This document shows, piece after piece, positions 17,839 to 27,853 of a stretch of DNA of 64,000 nucleotides; the stretch's first letter is position 1, and each line of letters begins with the position of its first letter. Made by a program: the position numbers and the translations under genes. Source of the stretch: Candidatus Moraniibacteriota bacterium (GTDB lineage: Bacteria; Patescibacteriota; Minisyncoccia; Moranbacterales; UBA1568); NCBI GenBank assembly GCA_963743885.1, contig CAVURJ010000002.1, positions 241,706 through 305,705 on the forward strand, read 5' to 3'. A model generated the notes under the pieces. That model made no database searches, had not been told where the DNA came from, and was given only the letters and a program-made list of their open reading frames with translations.

Positions 17839-18992
17839 GGATAGGCATAGACGCGCGCTTTTATGGCGCAATCGGCAAAGGGCTCGGCCGCTATACTGAG
17901 AAACTGATTGAGTATCTCGAGCGGATTGATACCAGGAATGAGTACGTGGTCTTCCTCCGTAAGGAGAATTTTTCTGCATACGAGCCGAGGAATCCGCGCT
18001 TTCGAAAGGTGCTTGCGGACTATCAGTGGTATAGCTTTTCCGAGCAGCTCTTCTTCCCGTTCTTTCTCCGCCGTTTCAGATTCGATCTCATCCATTTTCC
18101 GCATTTCAACGTCCCGCTTCTGTATCGAGGACGGTTCATCGTCACTATCCATGATCTGATTCTGGTCCGGTATCCGACCGTGCGCAACACGACCAGGTTG
18201 GCGGCGCTCTATTGGGCGAAGTTCGTGGCGTATCGCCTCGTCATCACTTCGGCGATCAGCCGCGCCTTACATATCGTTACGGTCTCGCAGTTTGCGAAGC
18301 ATGATATCGTCGAGCGTTACCCGGTTGCTTCTGGGAAGATATCCGTCACGTATGAGGCGGCCGATCCATTCTGTCGGTTCCTGTCACGCGAAGCGTCGGA
18401 GCAGCTGCTCGGGCGTCTCGGACTCCTCGCTCTGGATGGGGCGCGTGGTATACTGCGATCATACTTCCTGTATGTCGGGAATGCATATCCGCACAAACAT
18501 CTCGGGCTCCTGCTTGATGCCGCAAAGCGTCTGCCGGAAGAGCGGTTCGTCTTGGTTGGCAAGGAAGATTATTTTTATGCTCGGCTGCGTGAAGATGCAG
18601 AGCGGCGCGGTCTCGACAATGTCGTTTTCGCTGGGTTCCTTACGGATCAAGAGCTGTCTGTCCTATACCGCAATGCCGTGGCGTATACCTTCCCATCGCT
18701 CTATGAGGGTTTCGGGCTGCCGCCGCTTGAGGCGATGACTTTCGGATTACCGGTGGTCTCGTCCGATCGCGCGTCGCTTCCCGAGGTACTTGGGTCAGCT
18801 GCTCTGTATTTCGATCCCGAGAAGGATGGAGACTTGGAGCGCGTCCTCCGCGATATCATCAGCGATGAAGCTTTGCGGAAGCGGCTTTCTGAGCTCGGCT
18901 ATGGGCGGGCTGCGGGTTTCCGGTGGGATACTATGGCAGAAGAGACGCTTCGTATATATGAGGAGGAGATGACGAAAGAGAAATACACATAA
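17835..18992 (+). CDS. Glycosyltransferase family 4 (GT-B fold).
   Basis: Starts MRIGIDARFYG. C-terminal EGFGLPPLEAM sugar-donor binding motif. Confidence 0.8.
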   Translation: MRIGIDARFYGAIGKGLGRYTEKLIEYLERIDTRNEYVVFLRKENFSAYEPRNPRFRKVLADYQWYSFSEQLFFPFFLRRFRFDLIHFPHFNVPLLYRGRFIVTIHDLILVRYPTVRNTTRLAALYWAKFVAYRLVITSAISRALHIVTVSQFAKHDIVERYPVASGKISVTYEAADPFCRFLSREASEQLLGRLGLLALDGARGILRSYFLYVGNAYPHKHLGLLLDAAKRLPEERFVLVGKEDYFYARLREDAERRGLDNVVFAGFLTDQELSVLYRNAVAYTFPSLYEGFGLPPLEAMTFGLPVVSSDRASLPEVLGSAALYFDPEKDGDLERVLRDIISDEALRKRLSELGYGRAAGFRWDTMAEETLRIYEEEMTKEKYT

Positions 18993-18993
18993 G

Positions 18994-21219
18994 ATGCTTC
19001 ACGATCCATCGCAATATCATCGGCATATCCGGAGCGTGTCGGATATCCAGCCGTCCGGGCAGTCAAAGCCGGCCCAGTGGCCTCCGCGTCCGCTTCAGGA
19101 AGAGCGGGATGTTTTTGTGTCCGTCGCGGAACAGGAGGACCTGTCGGAGCAGAAGAAGCCAGAGATGTCTTTTCAGGGCCGTGACAGCCGCTGGCACGAG
19201 AGCGTCCTCCATGTGTATCCGAGAGAGGAAGCTGTTTCCGAGGGAAAGATCGTTTCACCGGGGCGTCGAGTAGGAGTGGTGTTCTTCATGATCGTTTGCG
19301 CCTCGCTTCTCGGTGCGGCTGCAGTTTCGAGGGGGCTTGAGATACGGGACAAGGTCGTAGAGCAGGGAGAGCTTGGATTCAGTGGTCTTTTGGCGGCTGC
19401 TGATAGCTTGAAAGGAGAACAGTATGGCGTTTCGGCAGAGCATTTCAACTCGGCATACCGGTCATTCGAGCAGGCGGAGTCTGATTTGACGCTTTTGGGG
19501 CGGACGCTTGCGGATGTTTCCGGGTTCATCCCGTTCCTTTCCCAGGCATCTTCTGGCAAGCATGCTATTGAGGCTGGCAAGCATTTCGCTCTTGCTGGCA
19601 TGCAGCTTTCTCGTGCTGCTACTGATATCTCGCTTTCCAGGCAGTCGCAGGCATCGGGCGGGCAGGTATCGATACTCGGTCTCATGGAGCGGGCCAAGGC
19701 ACCGCTTGATGCTGCGGTCGCAGAGCTCGAAGCTGCCGAACAGGAACTCTCGTCCGTCGATGCGGATGATATTCCTGAGGATAAGCGTGAACGCTTCATC
19801 ATGGTTCGTCGTGATCTGCCGATGCTTATCGGGCTCTTCAAGACCTTTCGGGAGCGAGAGACGCTCGTCGAGGAGCTTCTTGGTGGTAATGGCCCGCGCA
19901 AGTATCTCTTCTTGCTTCAGAATAACCACGAAGCCCGCGCTACGGGAGGTTTCATCGGAACGTATGCCCTTCTCGATGTGAACAATGGTTCGGTGCGGCG
20001 ATTCTTCGTCGATGGCATCTTCAATCCTGACGGACAGCTCCGGGAAAAGATCGTGCCACCGAAGCCTATCCAGAAGATCAGTGCCGCATGGAGCCTGCAT
20101 GATAGCAATTGGTTCCCAGATTTCCCTGAGTCAGCAGAGAAGGCGATCTTCTTCTATGAGAAGACTGGCGGGCCGACCGTGGATGGTGTGGTCGCGCTCA
20201 CGCCGACCGTGATGAAGAAGCTGCTTGCTGTCACCGGTCCGATCGACCTCCCGCAGTATGCACTTACGGTTGATGCGGACAATTTCATGACCGTCATTCA
20301 GGAACAGGTCGAGGTGAAGTATGACAAGGAGGAGAATAAGCCCAAGCAGATCTTGGCCGACCTCTCGACCGAGCTGCTTGAGCGGGTCTTCGCATCGCAA
20401 GACCGGGAGACGATTCTCGGGGTGGGGCAGGCGCTCGTAGAGGGGTTGAATGAGAAACATATCCTTCTCTATACCCGGTATCCGGAGACGGAAGCGCTCA
20501 TCGATGCGGCCGGCTGGTCGGGGCGCGTGCTTGAGACGGATAAGGATTATCTCTCGGTCATCCATACTAATATTAACGGGTATAAGACCGATGGAGTGAT
20601 CGATGAGACGATCCGGCATCGGGCCGAGATACAGGAAGACGGATCAGTCATTGATACAGTGACAGTCACGCGCGAGCACAAGGGTGGCGATACGCCGTAT
20701 GACTGGTGGAACAAGGTCAATGCTGACTATCTCCGCGTCTATGTACCACTCGGTTCCGAGCTTCTTTCGGCCAAGGGGGCGACGTGGGAATTTCCGGAAG
20801 CGCCGCTTGATTATGATGCGCTTGGTTTCAAGAGGGATGCCGATGTCGAGCGCGAAGAGGGACGGACGATCGTTGATGAGCGGACCGGTACTCGGATATC
20901 CGAGGATGCTGGCAAGACGGTTTTTGGTGCGTGGGCGTATGTCAGTCCCAAGGAATCCGTGACGGTGGAATACCGCTACCGGCTGCCGTTCCGTGTTGAT
21001 CTTTCTTCGGCTGCGGGCGCTGATTCGTACGCAGTCACCTATCAGAAACAGTCCGGATCAGAAGGGGGGCGGCTCTTCTCGGCGGTCGCGTTTCCTGTTG
21101 GGGCGGAGCCTGTTTGGCAGACTGGTCCGAATCTGGTACGGTATGGGGGAGAGCTCCGATCTGAGTCCGATCTCCGGATCGACCGGTATGTCGGAGCGGT
21201 TTTTCGCAAAAATCGTTAG
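18994..21219 (+). CDS. DUF4012-like envelope protein, 741 aa. Low-complexity N-terminus, one TM, then a large extracytoplasmic domain.
   Basis: Core LLQNNHEARATGGFIGTYALLDVNNG...DGVVALTPTVMKKLLAVTGPIDL is paralogous to the 29000-30370 ORF. The DUF4012 assignment is from memory of the family. Confidence 0.6.
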   Translation: MLHDPSQYHRHIRSVSDIQPSGQSKPAQWPPRPLQEERDVFVSVAEQEDLSEQKKPEMSFQGRDSRWHESVLHVYPREEAVSEGKIVSPGRRVGVVFFMIVCASLLGAAAVSRGLEIRDKVVEQGELGFSGLLAAADSLKGEQYGVSAEHFNSAYRSFEQAESDLTLLGRTLADVSGFIPFLSQASSGKHAIEAGKHFALAGMQLSRAATDISLSRQSQASGGQVSILGLMERAKAPLDAAVAELEAAEQELSSVDADDIPEDKRERFIMVRRDLPMLIGLFKTFRERETLVEELLGGNGPRKYLFLLQNNHEARATGGFIGTYALLDVNNGSVRRFFVDGIFNPDGQLREKIVPPKPIQKISAAWSLHDSNWFPDFPESAEKAIFFYEKTGGPTVDGVVALTPTVMKKLLAVTGPIDLPQYALTVDADNFMTVIQEQVEVKYDKEENKPKQILADLSTELLERVFASQDRETILGVGQALVEGLNEKHILLYTRYPETEALIDAAGWSGRVLETDKDYLSVIHTNINGYKTDGVIDETIRHRAEIQEDGSVIDTVTVTREHKGGDTPYDWWNKVNADYLRVYVPLGSELLSAKGATWEFPEAPLDYDALGFKRDADVEREEGRTIVDERTGTRISEDAGKTVFGAWAYVSPKESVTVEYRYRLPFRVDLSSAAGADSYAVTYQKQSGSEGGRLFSAVAFPVGAEPVWQTGPNLVRYGGELRSESDLRIDRYVGAVFRKNR

Positions 21220-21234
21220 CAAGTAGCTAGTATC

Positions 21235-22890
21235 ATGACGAAAAAGACTTTCGCTGATTTTTTCGCTCGTCTTGGCGGGCCGAGTCGGACGGTCGGTGCG
21301 GCCGCATTTCTTATTGCTGTTGCCGGTGTAGCGAGTCGGATCCTTGGCTTCTTCCGCGACCGCATCCTCGCGTCGCAGTTCGGAGCGGGCGATACGCTTG
21401 ATGCGTATTACGCCGCTTTCCGCATTCCTGATATACTCTACGGACTTTTGGTGGCCGGGGCGCTCTCGGCGGCGTTCATCCCGGTCTTTACGGAGTTTAT
21501 TGCTAAGAAAGATGAAGCCCGTGCTTGGCGCCTGGCTGATGGCGTGCTGCATCTCTTGATGGCTGCACTCGGCATCCTGGCGGTCTTCGGTATCATCTTC
21601 GCTTCTGAGCTCATGGCATGGATTGCTCCTGGGTTTTCCGACGAGAAGCGTGCTGCTGCTGCGGAACTGACGAGGATTATGCTCCTGTCACCCATCTTTC
21701 TTTCGGTGAGCGCGGTCTTTGGCGGCATTCTCATCTCCTTCAAGCGCTTTGCCGCCTATTCATTTGCGCCGATCTTCTACAATGCCGGCATCATCTTCGG
21801 CGCGGTCTTTCTTGTACCGTCTTTCGGCATCGTGGGTCTCGGCTGGGGCGTCGTGCTCGGCTCGTTCCTTCATATGCTCATCCAGGTGCCGTCGCTCATC
21901 CAGTCAGGCTTCCAGTACCGTTTCCAGTTGTCGTCGGCCTGGCGCGATCGGGATGTTCGGCGTGTGCTCAAGCTCATGATCCCGAGGAGTCTCGGTATGG
22001 CAGCCAATCAGATCGGCCTTCTCGTCATGACGGTCTTCGCGTCGCTTCTTGCTTCCGGCAGCTTGGCAGCCTTCACGCTGGCCAATAATATCCAGAGCGT
22101 CCCTTTGGGGCTCTTTGGCATCGCATTCTCGCTCGCGGCCTTCCCGTCGCTCTCGCTCCTGCTCGCTGAGAACAAGGAGAAGGATTTCTTCCTGATGCTT
22201 GCCGAGACGTCGCGGCGGATCCTTTTCTTTGTCGTGCCGCTTTCCGTCATCATGATCGTCTTTCGGGCGCAGTTCGTTCGTGTCATCCTCGGTGCCGGCG
22301 AGTTCGATTGGAATGATACCATCATGACGTTCGAGATCCTCAAGTGGCTCTCGGTGAGCCTCTTCGCACAGAGCCTGATCCCACTCTTTGCTCGCGCCTT
22401 CTTCGCGCTGCAGGATACTAAGACGCCGTTCTATATCGCGCTCGGGAGCGAGGCGCTCCATATCCTCCTCATACCGGTGCTCATCCCGTACTATTCCGCC
22501 GAGGCGTTGGCGATTGCCTTTTCGGCCGCGAGCATCCTCAATTGCGTACTGCTCTATGTCTTTTTGCGGCGGAGGATCGGCGTCTGGGATGATAGTCGGA
22601 TCTTCCTGCCGACGGCGAAGATCTTCCTAGCAGCCATCGCCGCGGGTCTCATCGCGCAGATCTCGAAATCCGTCTTCGCGCTTACGACCAATGAGCTCGA
22701 TACGTTCGTCGAGGTGTTCCTCCAGCTCGTGACTGGCCTTCTGATCGGTGGTGGCGCCTTCATCGCGCTGTGCTACTGGCTTGAAGTGGATGAGCTCCGC
22801 ATGATTCGCCGGTTCATCTTCTGCAAGATCCTGCGCCAGCCGGAGACGGCCGTGATAGCCGAAGACCATCCGGAGCGCGGCGACTGGTAG
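21235..22890 (+). CDS. murJ: Lipid II flippase MurJ (MviN).
   Basis: About 14 TM helices. The N-terminal GFFRDRILASQFGAGDTLDAYYAAFRIPD is the MurJ signature. Confidence 0.9.
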   Translation: MTKKTFADFFARLGGPSRTVGAAAFLIAVAGVASRILGFFRDRILASQFGAGDTLDAYYAAFRIPDILYGLLVAGALSAAFIPVFTEFIAKKDEARAWRLADGVLHLLMAALGILAVFGIIFASELMAWIAPGFSDEKRAAAAELTRIMLLSPIFLSVSAVFGGILISFKRFAAYSFAPIFYNAGIIFGAVFLVPSFGIVGLGWGVVLGSFLHMLIQVPSLIQSGFQYRFQLSSAWRDRDVRRVLKLMIPRSLGMAANQIGLLVMTVFASLLASGSLAAFTLANNIQSVPLGLFGIAFSLAAFPSLSLLLAENKEKDFFLMLAETSRRILFFVVPLSVIMIVFRAQFVRVILGAGEFDWNDTIMTFEILKWLSVSLFAQSLIPLFARAFFALQDTKTPFYIALGSEALHILLIPVLIPYYSAEALAIAFSAASILNCVLLYVFLRRRIGVWDDSRIFLPTAKIFLAAIAAGLIAQISKSVFALTTNELDTFVEVFLQLVTGLLIGGGAFIALCYWLEVDELRMIRRFIFCKILRQPETAVIAEDHPERGDW

Positions 22891-22904
22891 AGAGAATTAT
22901 GTAA

Positions 22905-23052
22905 GTAATTCTCTCAGATCTTATGTCTCAAGAAAATTTTCGGATTTCGAGGGGAAAACCTTTGAAGAAGCGAGGAGGGCTATCAAGATAACCTGACGAG
23001 CTTTGAAAGGTTTTACACCGAAATCTGAATATTTTATGAGACAAGCCGATTC
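22905..23052. repeat. Family B repeat copy 2.
   Basis: Same orientation as B1 and shares the conserved core blocks. Stem positions differ from B1 by paired substitutions, so the structure is conserved. Confidence 0.5.
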
Positions 23053-23143
23053 TTTCTTTTTTGGTGGCGGTGAGATTGAGAGAATTACTAAAAAAACATC
23101 CCCGGGACTATTCAAGTCTCGGGGTTTTTGATAAGGAGGTGAT

Positions 23144-23371
23144 TCAGCTGGCTGTAGAAAACGGCGCAAAGGCTTTGATGGGGCGTGCTTTGTGCTGTGC
23201 CGCACTGGCTGTTCTCGGCGGATCTATCGTCAGCTGTTGCTCGTGTCTGCAGTGGTCACAGTAGTAAACACGTGTGATGCGCGGACCCATCGGCGTGGAT
23301 ATCCGGGAGTTTTCCCGGAAATATTGCATGGGGATGCCGCAGTGACAGATGAGGTCAGAACCGGATGACAT
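23144..23371 (-). CDS. Small zinc-ribbon protein (CxxC...CxxC), 75 aa.
   Basis: RBS aaagga upstream of ATG at 23371. Four cysteines arranged CHCG...CDHC. Confidence 0.3.
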   Translation of the reverse strand: MSSGSDLICHCGIPMQYFRENSRISTPMGPRITRVYYCDHCRHEQQLTIDPPRTASAAQHKARPIKAFAPFSTAS

Positions 23372-23451
23372 GTATCGTCCTTTCGTAAGTGGTGATCAAA
23401 AAAAAGAACTGCAAAAATACTTTTCCAGTCTACGGAAAATTTGAATAACTG

Positions 23452-25566
23452 TCAAAGCTTCGCCTTGCTGATCCGGATGCGGGCATCGAGAACGCGGAAA
23501 TCATCTGCATCAGGGAAGGCGAGCAAGGGATTGATATCGAGCTCCTCGATCTCCGGGAAGTCCTCTGTGAGGCGCGAGAGGCGTCCGATGAAGCTCTCAA
23601 GCACCGGAAGGTCGACACCTTGCTTGCCGCGCGTGCCGGAGAGGAGCGGGAAGACACGGAGTTCATGGAGCATCTCGAAGGCGTCTTCGCGCGTGAGTGG
23701 GGAGAAGCGGAATGAGACGTCCTTGAAAGTCTCGACGTAGATGCCGCCGAGGCCTGCCATGACAAGGTTTCCGAGGCCTGGCTCTTTCTTCATGCCGAGG
23801 ATGATCTCACGTCCTCCGGCACGGGCCATCTCTACGATGAGCGCTCCTTCGAGTCTGGCACGTGGCGCGCGGTCCGCTACCTGGGACATGAGGCGTTCGT
23901 AGGCGCCTGCTGCTTGTCCGGGGGCGATATCGAGGATGACCCCACCCGCATCGGATTTGTGTGTGATATCTGGTGAGACGATCTTAAGTGCGACCTGGGT
24001 ACCGAGCTCTGTGGCTGCTGCTTCGGCCTCTTCGGGACTTCGGACGAAACAGCTCCGGAGCAGCGGGAACCCGTAGGCCTCGAGGACATCGTAGGCTTCG
24101 GATTCGGTGAGTGATGTACGGCCGTCTTTTTTTGTTTTGGCGAAGACGGCAGCAGCTCGCTCCCGGTCGATGTCATTGAAAGAGAAGCGGGTCTCAGCGA
24201 GGGACCGATGCCAGGAGGCTATCTGTGCGAGGGCGGCGCAGGCTCGGGCGCCGGCTTCTGGATATTGGAAGCGGGCGACGGAGCGTTTGTCGAGGATTGT
24301 GCTTCCTTCGGCGAGCGAGGCATCACCGGAGAAGATTGCAATGACGGGCTTTCCGGTTCGTTCTTTGGCGAGAGTGATCGCTTCGGCGGTCTTCGCTGCT
24401 TCGGTCATGGTCTGTGGTGTGACGATGACAAGGATCATATCAGCCTGTTCATCGGCCGTGACGGCCTCAAGCGCTGCCTGGTAGCGCTCGGCGAGTGCAT
24501 CCCCGAGAACGTCGACAGGATTGTGCGAGCTGGCAGCTCCCGGAAGTGCGGCGCGGAGCGCGGCCTCGGTCTCTTGGGAGAGCGCGGCCATGACGAGGCC
24601 GCTCTTCACGGCAGCGTCGGTGGCGAGTACACCCAAACCTCCGGCATTCGTGATGATCGCGAGCCGGTTCCCTTGAGGCAGAGGATTTTTTGAGAAGGCA
24701 GTGATGAGTTGGAGCAGGTGTTCCAGGTCGTCTGCGCGGAGCATTCTGGCTTGGTGGAAGAGGGCACGGTAGGCCTCATCGCTACCAGCGAGCGATCCGG
24801 TGTGTGAGCTTGAGGCACCAGCACCAGCAGCCGTTGTGCCGGACTTGAGCGCGATGACTGGTTTTGGATCGTTTTCGCGGATGAGATCTCGTCCTGTCCG
24901 GATGAGGGCGGCACCGTCGGTCAGGCCTTCGGTATAGAAGGCGATCGCCCGAGTAGCCTCATCATCGGCGAAGTGCCGGAGGAGTTCCTGCTCGCCGAGG
25001 ACGGCTTTGTTGCCATCGCTTACGAAATGCGAGAAGCCGACCGTGTCGCCGGCGAGGTCGAGGAGGGCAGTGCAGAGGGCGCCGCTCTGTGAGAAGAAGG
25101 CGGTCGAGCCTCCTTTCGGCATGCGTTTTGCGAATGAGGCATTGAGAGAGATTTCGGGCCGGAGGAAGCCGAGACAGTTTGGACCGAGGAGTGCCAAGTC
25201 GTGCTCGCGAGCGATTGCGATGATCTCTTCTTCGAGTTTCCGCCCGTTTTCGCCGGTCTCTTTAAATCCAGCAGAGATGATGATGGCGGCGCGCGCTCCT
25301 TTGGCGCAAGCGGCGCGGAGTACCGAAGGGACGATCGCGGCGGGGACGATGATGATGGCGAGTTCTATGTCTCCTGGTATCTCCGAGATATCCCCGTAAC
25401 AGGGGAGATCGAAGAGTGTATCGGCTTTCGGGTTGACCGGGTAGACCAGGCCGGCGTAGCCGCCTTTGACGATATTTTCGGTCAGGGTCCAGCCGACGGT
25501 ACCCGGCTTGGTCGAGGCACCGATGATGGCGATGGAGCGGGGGGAGAAGAGGGAATCAAGATGCAT
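23452..25566 (-). CDS. Acetyl-CoA synthetase (ADP-forming) / NDP-forming acyl-CoA synthetase with fused alpha and beta domains.
   Basis: CoA-binding N-terminus SIAIIGAS...GTVG, succinyl-CoA synthetase-like flavodoxin domain and C-terminal ATP-grasp. Start reassigned to MHLDSLF, with ATG at 25566. Confidence 0.85.
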   Translation of the reverse strand: MHLDSLFSPRSIAIIGASTKPGTVGWTLTENIVKGGYAGLVYPVNPKADTLFDLPCYGDISEIPGDIELAIIIVPAAIVPSVLRAACAKGARAAIIISAGFKETGENGRKLEEEIIAIAREHDLALLGPNCLGFLRPEISLNASFAKRMPKGGSTAFFSQSGALCTALLDLAGDTVGFSHFVSDGNKAVLGEQELLRHFADDEATRAIAFYTEGLTDGAALIRTGRDLIRENDPKPVIALKSGTTAAGAGASSSHTGSLAGSDEAYRALFHQARMLRADDLEHLLQLITAFSKNPLPQGNRLAIITNAGGLGVLATDAAVKSGLVMAALSQETEAALRAALPGAASSHNPVDVLGDALAERYQAALEAVTADEQADMILVIVTPQTMTEAAKTAEAITLAKERTGKPVIAIFSGDASLAEGSTILDKRSVARFQYPEAGARACAALAQIASWHRSLAETRFSFNDIDRERAAAVFAKTKKDGRTSLTESEAYDVLEAYGFPLLRSCFVRSPEEAEAAATELGTQVALKIVSPDITHKSDAGGVILDIAPGQAAGAYERLMSQVADRAPRARLEGALIVEMARAGGREIILGMKKEPGLGNLVMAGLGGIYVETFKDVSFRFSPLTREDAFEMLHELRVFPLLSGTRGKQGVDLPVLESFIGRLSRLTEDFPEIEELDINPLLAFPDADDFRVLDARIRISKAKL

Positions 25567-25660
25567 ATTTTTTTCGTTGTTTTTCTTTTTCAGAAGCCAA
25601 AAACATCTCTTATTGTAACGGAAAATCGGTCTCTTGACAAAATCGCTATAATTTGCTAGG

Positions 25661-26650
25661 ATGACAGGTCTAAAAATTGTCCTCATTACGTATATGTTTG
25701 ACCGCAAGTTTTGGCTTTCTAAAGAGGTTTTGCTGACGTTCGCTTTCGTTGCGCTTATCGTCGCGCCGTTGGCCGTTTTCGGCGGGCAGAAGACGATCTA
25801 TGTCGATAAGGACGCGTCTGGCGATCAGACCGGATCCGCTTCGCACCCGTACAAATCCATCTCCAAGGCGCTCAAGAACGCCGATGAGGGCGATGTAGTC
25901 CGCATCAAGGGTGGAGAGTACAAGGAAAACATCACTATCCCGAAGGAAGTGAAGGTCGTGAGCAGCAAGGGTGATCGGGATAAAGTGACTATCAAGGCCG
26001 ATAACAATGATCAGCCGACGATCGTGATGAAGCACGGTTCTGAGCTTGAGTCTGTCACTGTGAAGGGTGGGCGCTATGGCATCCGTATCGCGGAAGACGC
26101 CAAAGCGCACATCTATGATGTGACCGTTAAGGATAGCTCGCGCGATGGTATCCATATTGATGCAGCCAAGACTGACAAGAAACATCGCGTGATCATCGAC
26201 AAGACGACCGTCAAGAATAATGCCCGTGCCGGTGTCTATTCTGAGAAGCGCGATATCGTGATCGTGAACAGTGATATCATCAGCAATGGTTCTGATGGCA
26301 TCGATTTCGCAGCTGGTACCGAGGCGTGGTTCGAGGATAGCCGTTTCAATAGCAACAAGGGTAGCGGCATGAAGCTTGTGATTGACGGTTCTTCCATCTG
26401 GGGCAAGAAGAATAGCATCCGCTATAACGGTCGCGAGGGCGTCGAGGTGAATGCGTACGGAGCAGCCGGCGATGTCGGCTTCAAGAGGACTGCGTTCATC
26501 GATAACGGGCACTATGGTGTTTCCAAGGTGGCTCGTACAGCGGCTGCGCTCACATCATTCGGCAACGTGTCCTTTGGGACAGGTGTCAATGTCGATCGTT
26601 TCGAGAGCAATGCATTTGGCAACACTTCTCGGATTATCCGCGGTTTTTAA
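25661..26650 (+). CDS. Secreted or membrane-anchored right-handed parallel beta-helix repeat protein.
   Basis: N-terminal signal/TM, then repetitive G-x-G and IxI-rich beta-helix repeats (GGRYGIRI, DGIHID, NARAGVYS, SDGIDF). Confidence 0.6.
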   Translation: MTGLKIVLITYMFDRKFWLSKEVLLTFAFVALIVAPLAVFGGQKTIYVDKDASGDQTGSASHPYKSISKALKNADEGDVVRIKGGEYKENITIPKEVKVVSSKGDRDKVTIKADNNDQPTIVMKHGSELESVTVKGGRYGIRIAEDAKAHIYDVTVKDSSRDGIHIDAAKTDKKHRVIIDKTTVKNNARAGVYSEKRDIVIVNSDIISNGSDGIDFAAGTEAWFEDSRFNSNKGSGMKLVIDGSSIWGKKNSIRYNGREGVEVNAYGAAGDVGFKRTAFIDNGHYGVSKVARTAAALTSFGNVSFGTGVNVDRFESNAFGNTSRIIRGF

Positions 26651-26686
26651 CCCGCCGTCAGCTCGAGCTGGCATAACAAGGAGGAT

Positions 26687-27853
26687 ATGCGAATAGCGTT
26701 CATCGGCCAGAAGGGGATTCCGGCGGTGTCCGGCGGTGTCGAGAGGCACGTCGAGAAGCTTTCGACGCGTCTCGCCGCTCAAGGGCACGAGGTCTTCGTC
26801 TATGTCCGGTCCCACTATACCGATCCGCAGCTCGCGGAATATGACGGCGTGAAGCTCGTCCATATCCCGAGTATCCGCACCAAGCACCTGGATGCCATCT
26901 CGCACGCGTTCCTGTCGACTGTGCACGTGCTCTTCCAGAATTACGATGTCGTCCATTACCAGTCGATCGGACCGAGCGTCCTTTCGATCATTCCGAGGAT
27001 CTTCCGTCCTGGTATGCGGGTCATCGCGACGTTCCACAGCCGCGATTATTTCCATAAGAAGTGGGGGCTTTTTGCTCGGCTTTGTCTGCGTTTCGGCGAG
27101 CGCGCTACGTGCTCTTTCCCAGAGCGGACGATTGCTATCAGTGAGACGCTCACGGCGCATGCCAAGCGGGCTTATGGCTGCGATGCGGTTTTCATCCCGA
27201 ATGGAGCTGAAGTCGATCATGAGGCTGATCCGGCCTTGCTGCGGAAGTTCGGGCTTCGTCCGGAGCGTTACATCCTGTCGGTGAGCCGCCTGGTTCAGCA
27301 CAAGGGCATCCACTATCTCATCAAGGCATTCCGCGAGCTTGAGGATTTGAATAAGCTTCCGAATAACACGAAGCTGGTCATTGTCGGCACGCACGCCGAG
27401 ACGCCGGAATACGAGCAGTATCTCAAGGTGATGGCCGAGGGCCATCCAAATATCCTCCTTGTTGGTGAGCAGAAGGGTAAGGAGCTCGCAGCGCTCTTCG
27501 CGCATGCAGCGCTCTTCGTCCAGCCGTCCGAAGATGAGGGTCTTTCGATCGCACTTCTCGAAGCCATGAACTACGGGCTGCCGGCGATCGTGAGCGATAT
27601 TCCTGCCAATATGGAAGCGGTGCGCGGCGATGCCGGTATCTCGTTTAAATCAGAAGATGTCGAGGATCTCAAGCGCCAGCTCGCGTACTATATGAATCGT
27701 CTCGAAGAAGCGGCTATCATCGGTCGTGTCGCCCGCGAACGGGCTGAGGAACGCTACAGCTGGGATGCTATCGCGCTTCAGACTGAGGAAGTCTACCAGG
27801 AACTCGTTATGAATGGAGGAGCCAAACGCTATGCGCATGTCCGTACGAAATAA
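26687..27853 (+). CDS. Glycosyltransferase family 4.
   Basis: Starts MRIAFIGQKGIPAVSGGVERHV. Carries EDEGLSIALLEAM. RBS aaggagg. Confidence 0.85.
   Translation: MRIAFIGQKGIPAVSGGVERHVEKLSTRLAAQGHEVFVYVRSHYTDPQLAEYDGVKLVHIPSIRTKHLDAISHAFLSTVHVLFQNYDVVHYQSIGPSVLSIIPRIFRPGMRVIATFHSRDYFHKKWGLFARLCLRFGERATCSFPERTIAISETLTAHAKRAYGCDAVFIPNGAEVDHEADPALLRKFGLRPERYILSVSRLVQHKGIHYLIKAFRELEDLNKLPNNTKLVIVGTHAETPEYEQYLKVMAEGHPNILLVGEQKGKELAALFAHAALFVQPSEDEGLSIALLEAMNYGLPAIVSDIPANMEAVRGDAGISFKSEDVEDLKRQLAYYMNRLEEAAIIGRVARERAEERYSWDAIALQTEEVYQELVMNGGAKRYAHVRTK

Noticed and set aside
22985-23030. Hammerhead-like CUGACGAG...CGAAA in repeat B2
   Set aside because: Copy B1 has CCGACGAG at the same place and helix II cannot be formed. 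Kept only as structured-repeat evidence.
25620-25660. TTGACA and TATAAT hexamers upstream of the beta-helix gene
   Set aside because: Spacer is only 7 bp, so they cannot act as one canonical sigma70 promoter. TATAAT alone may still be a -10.
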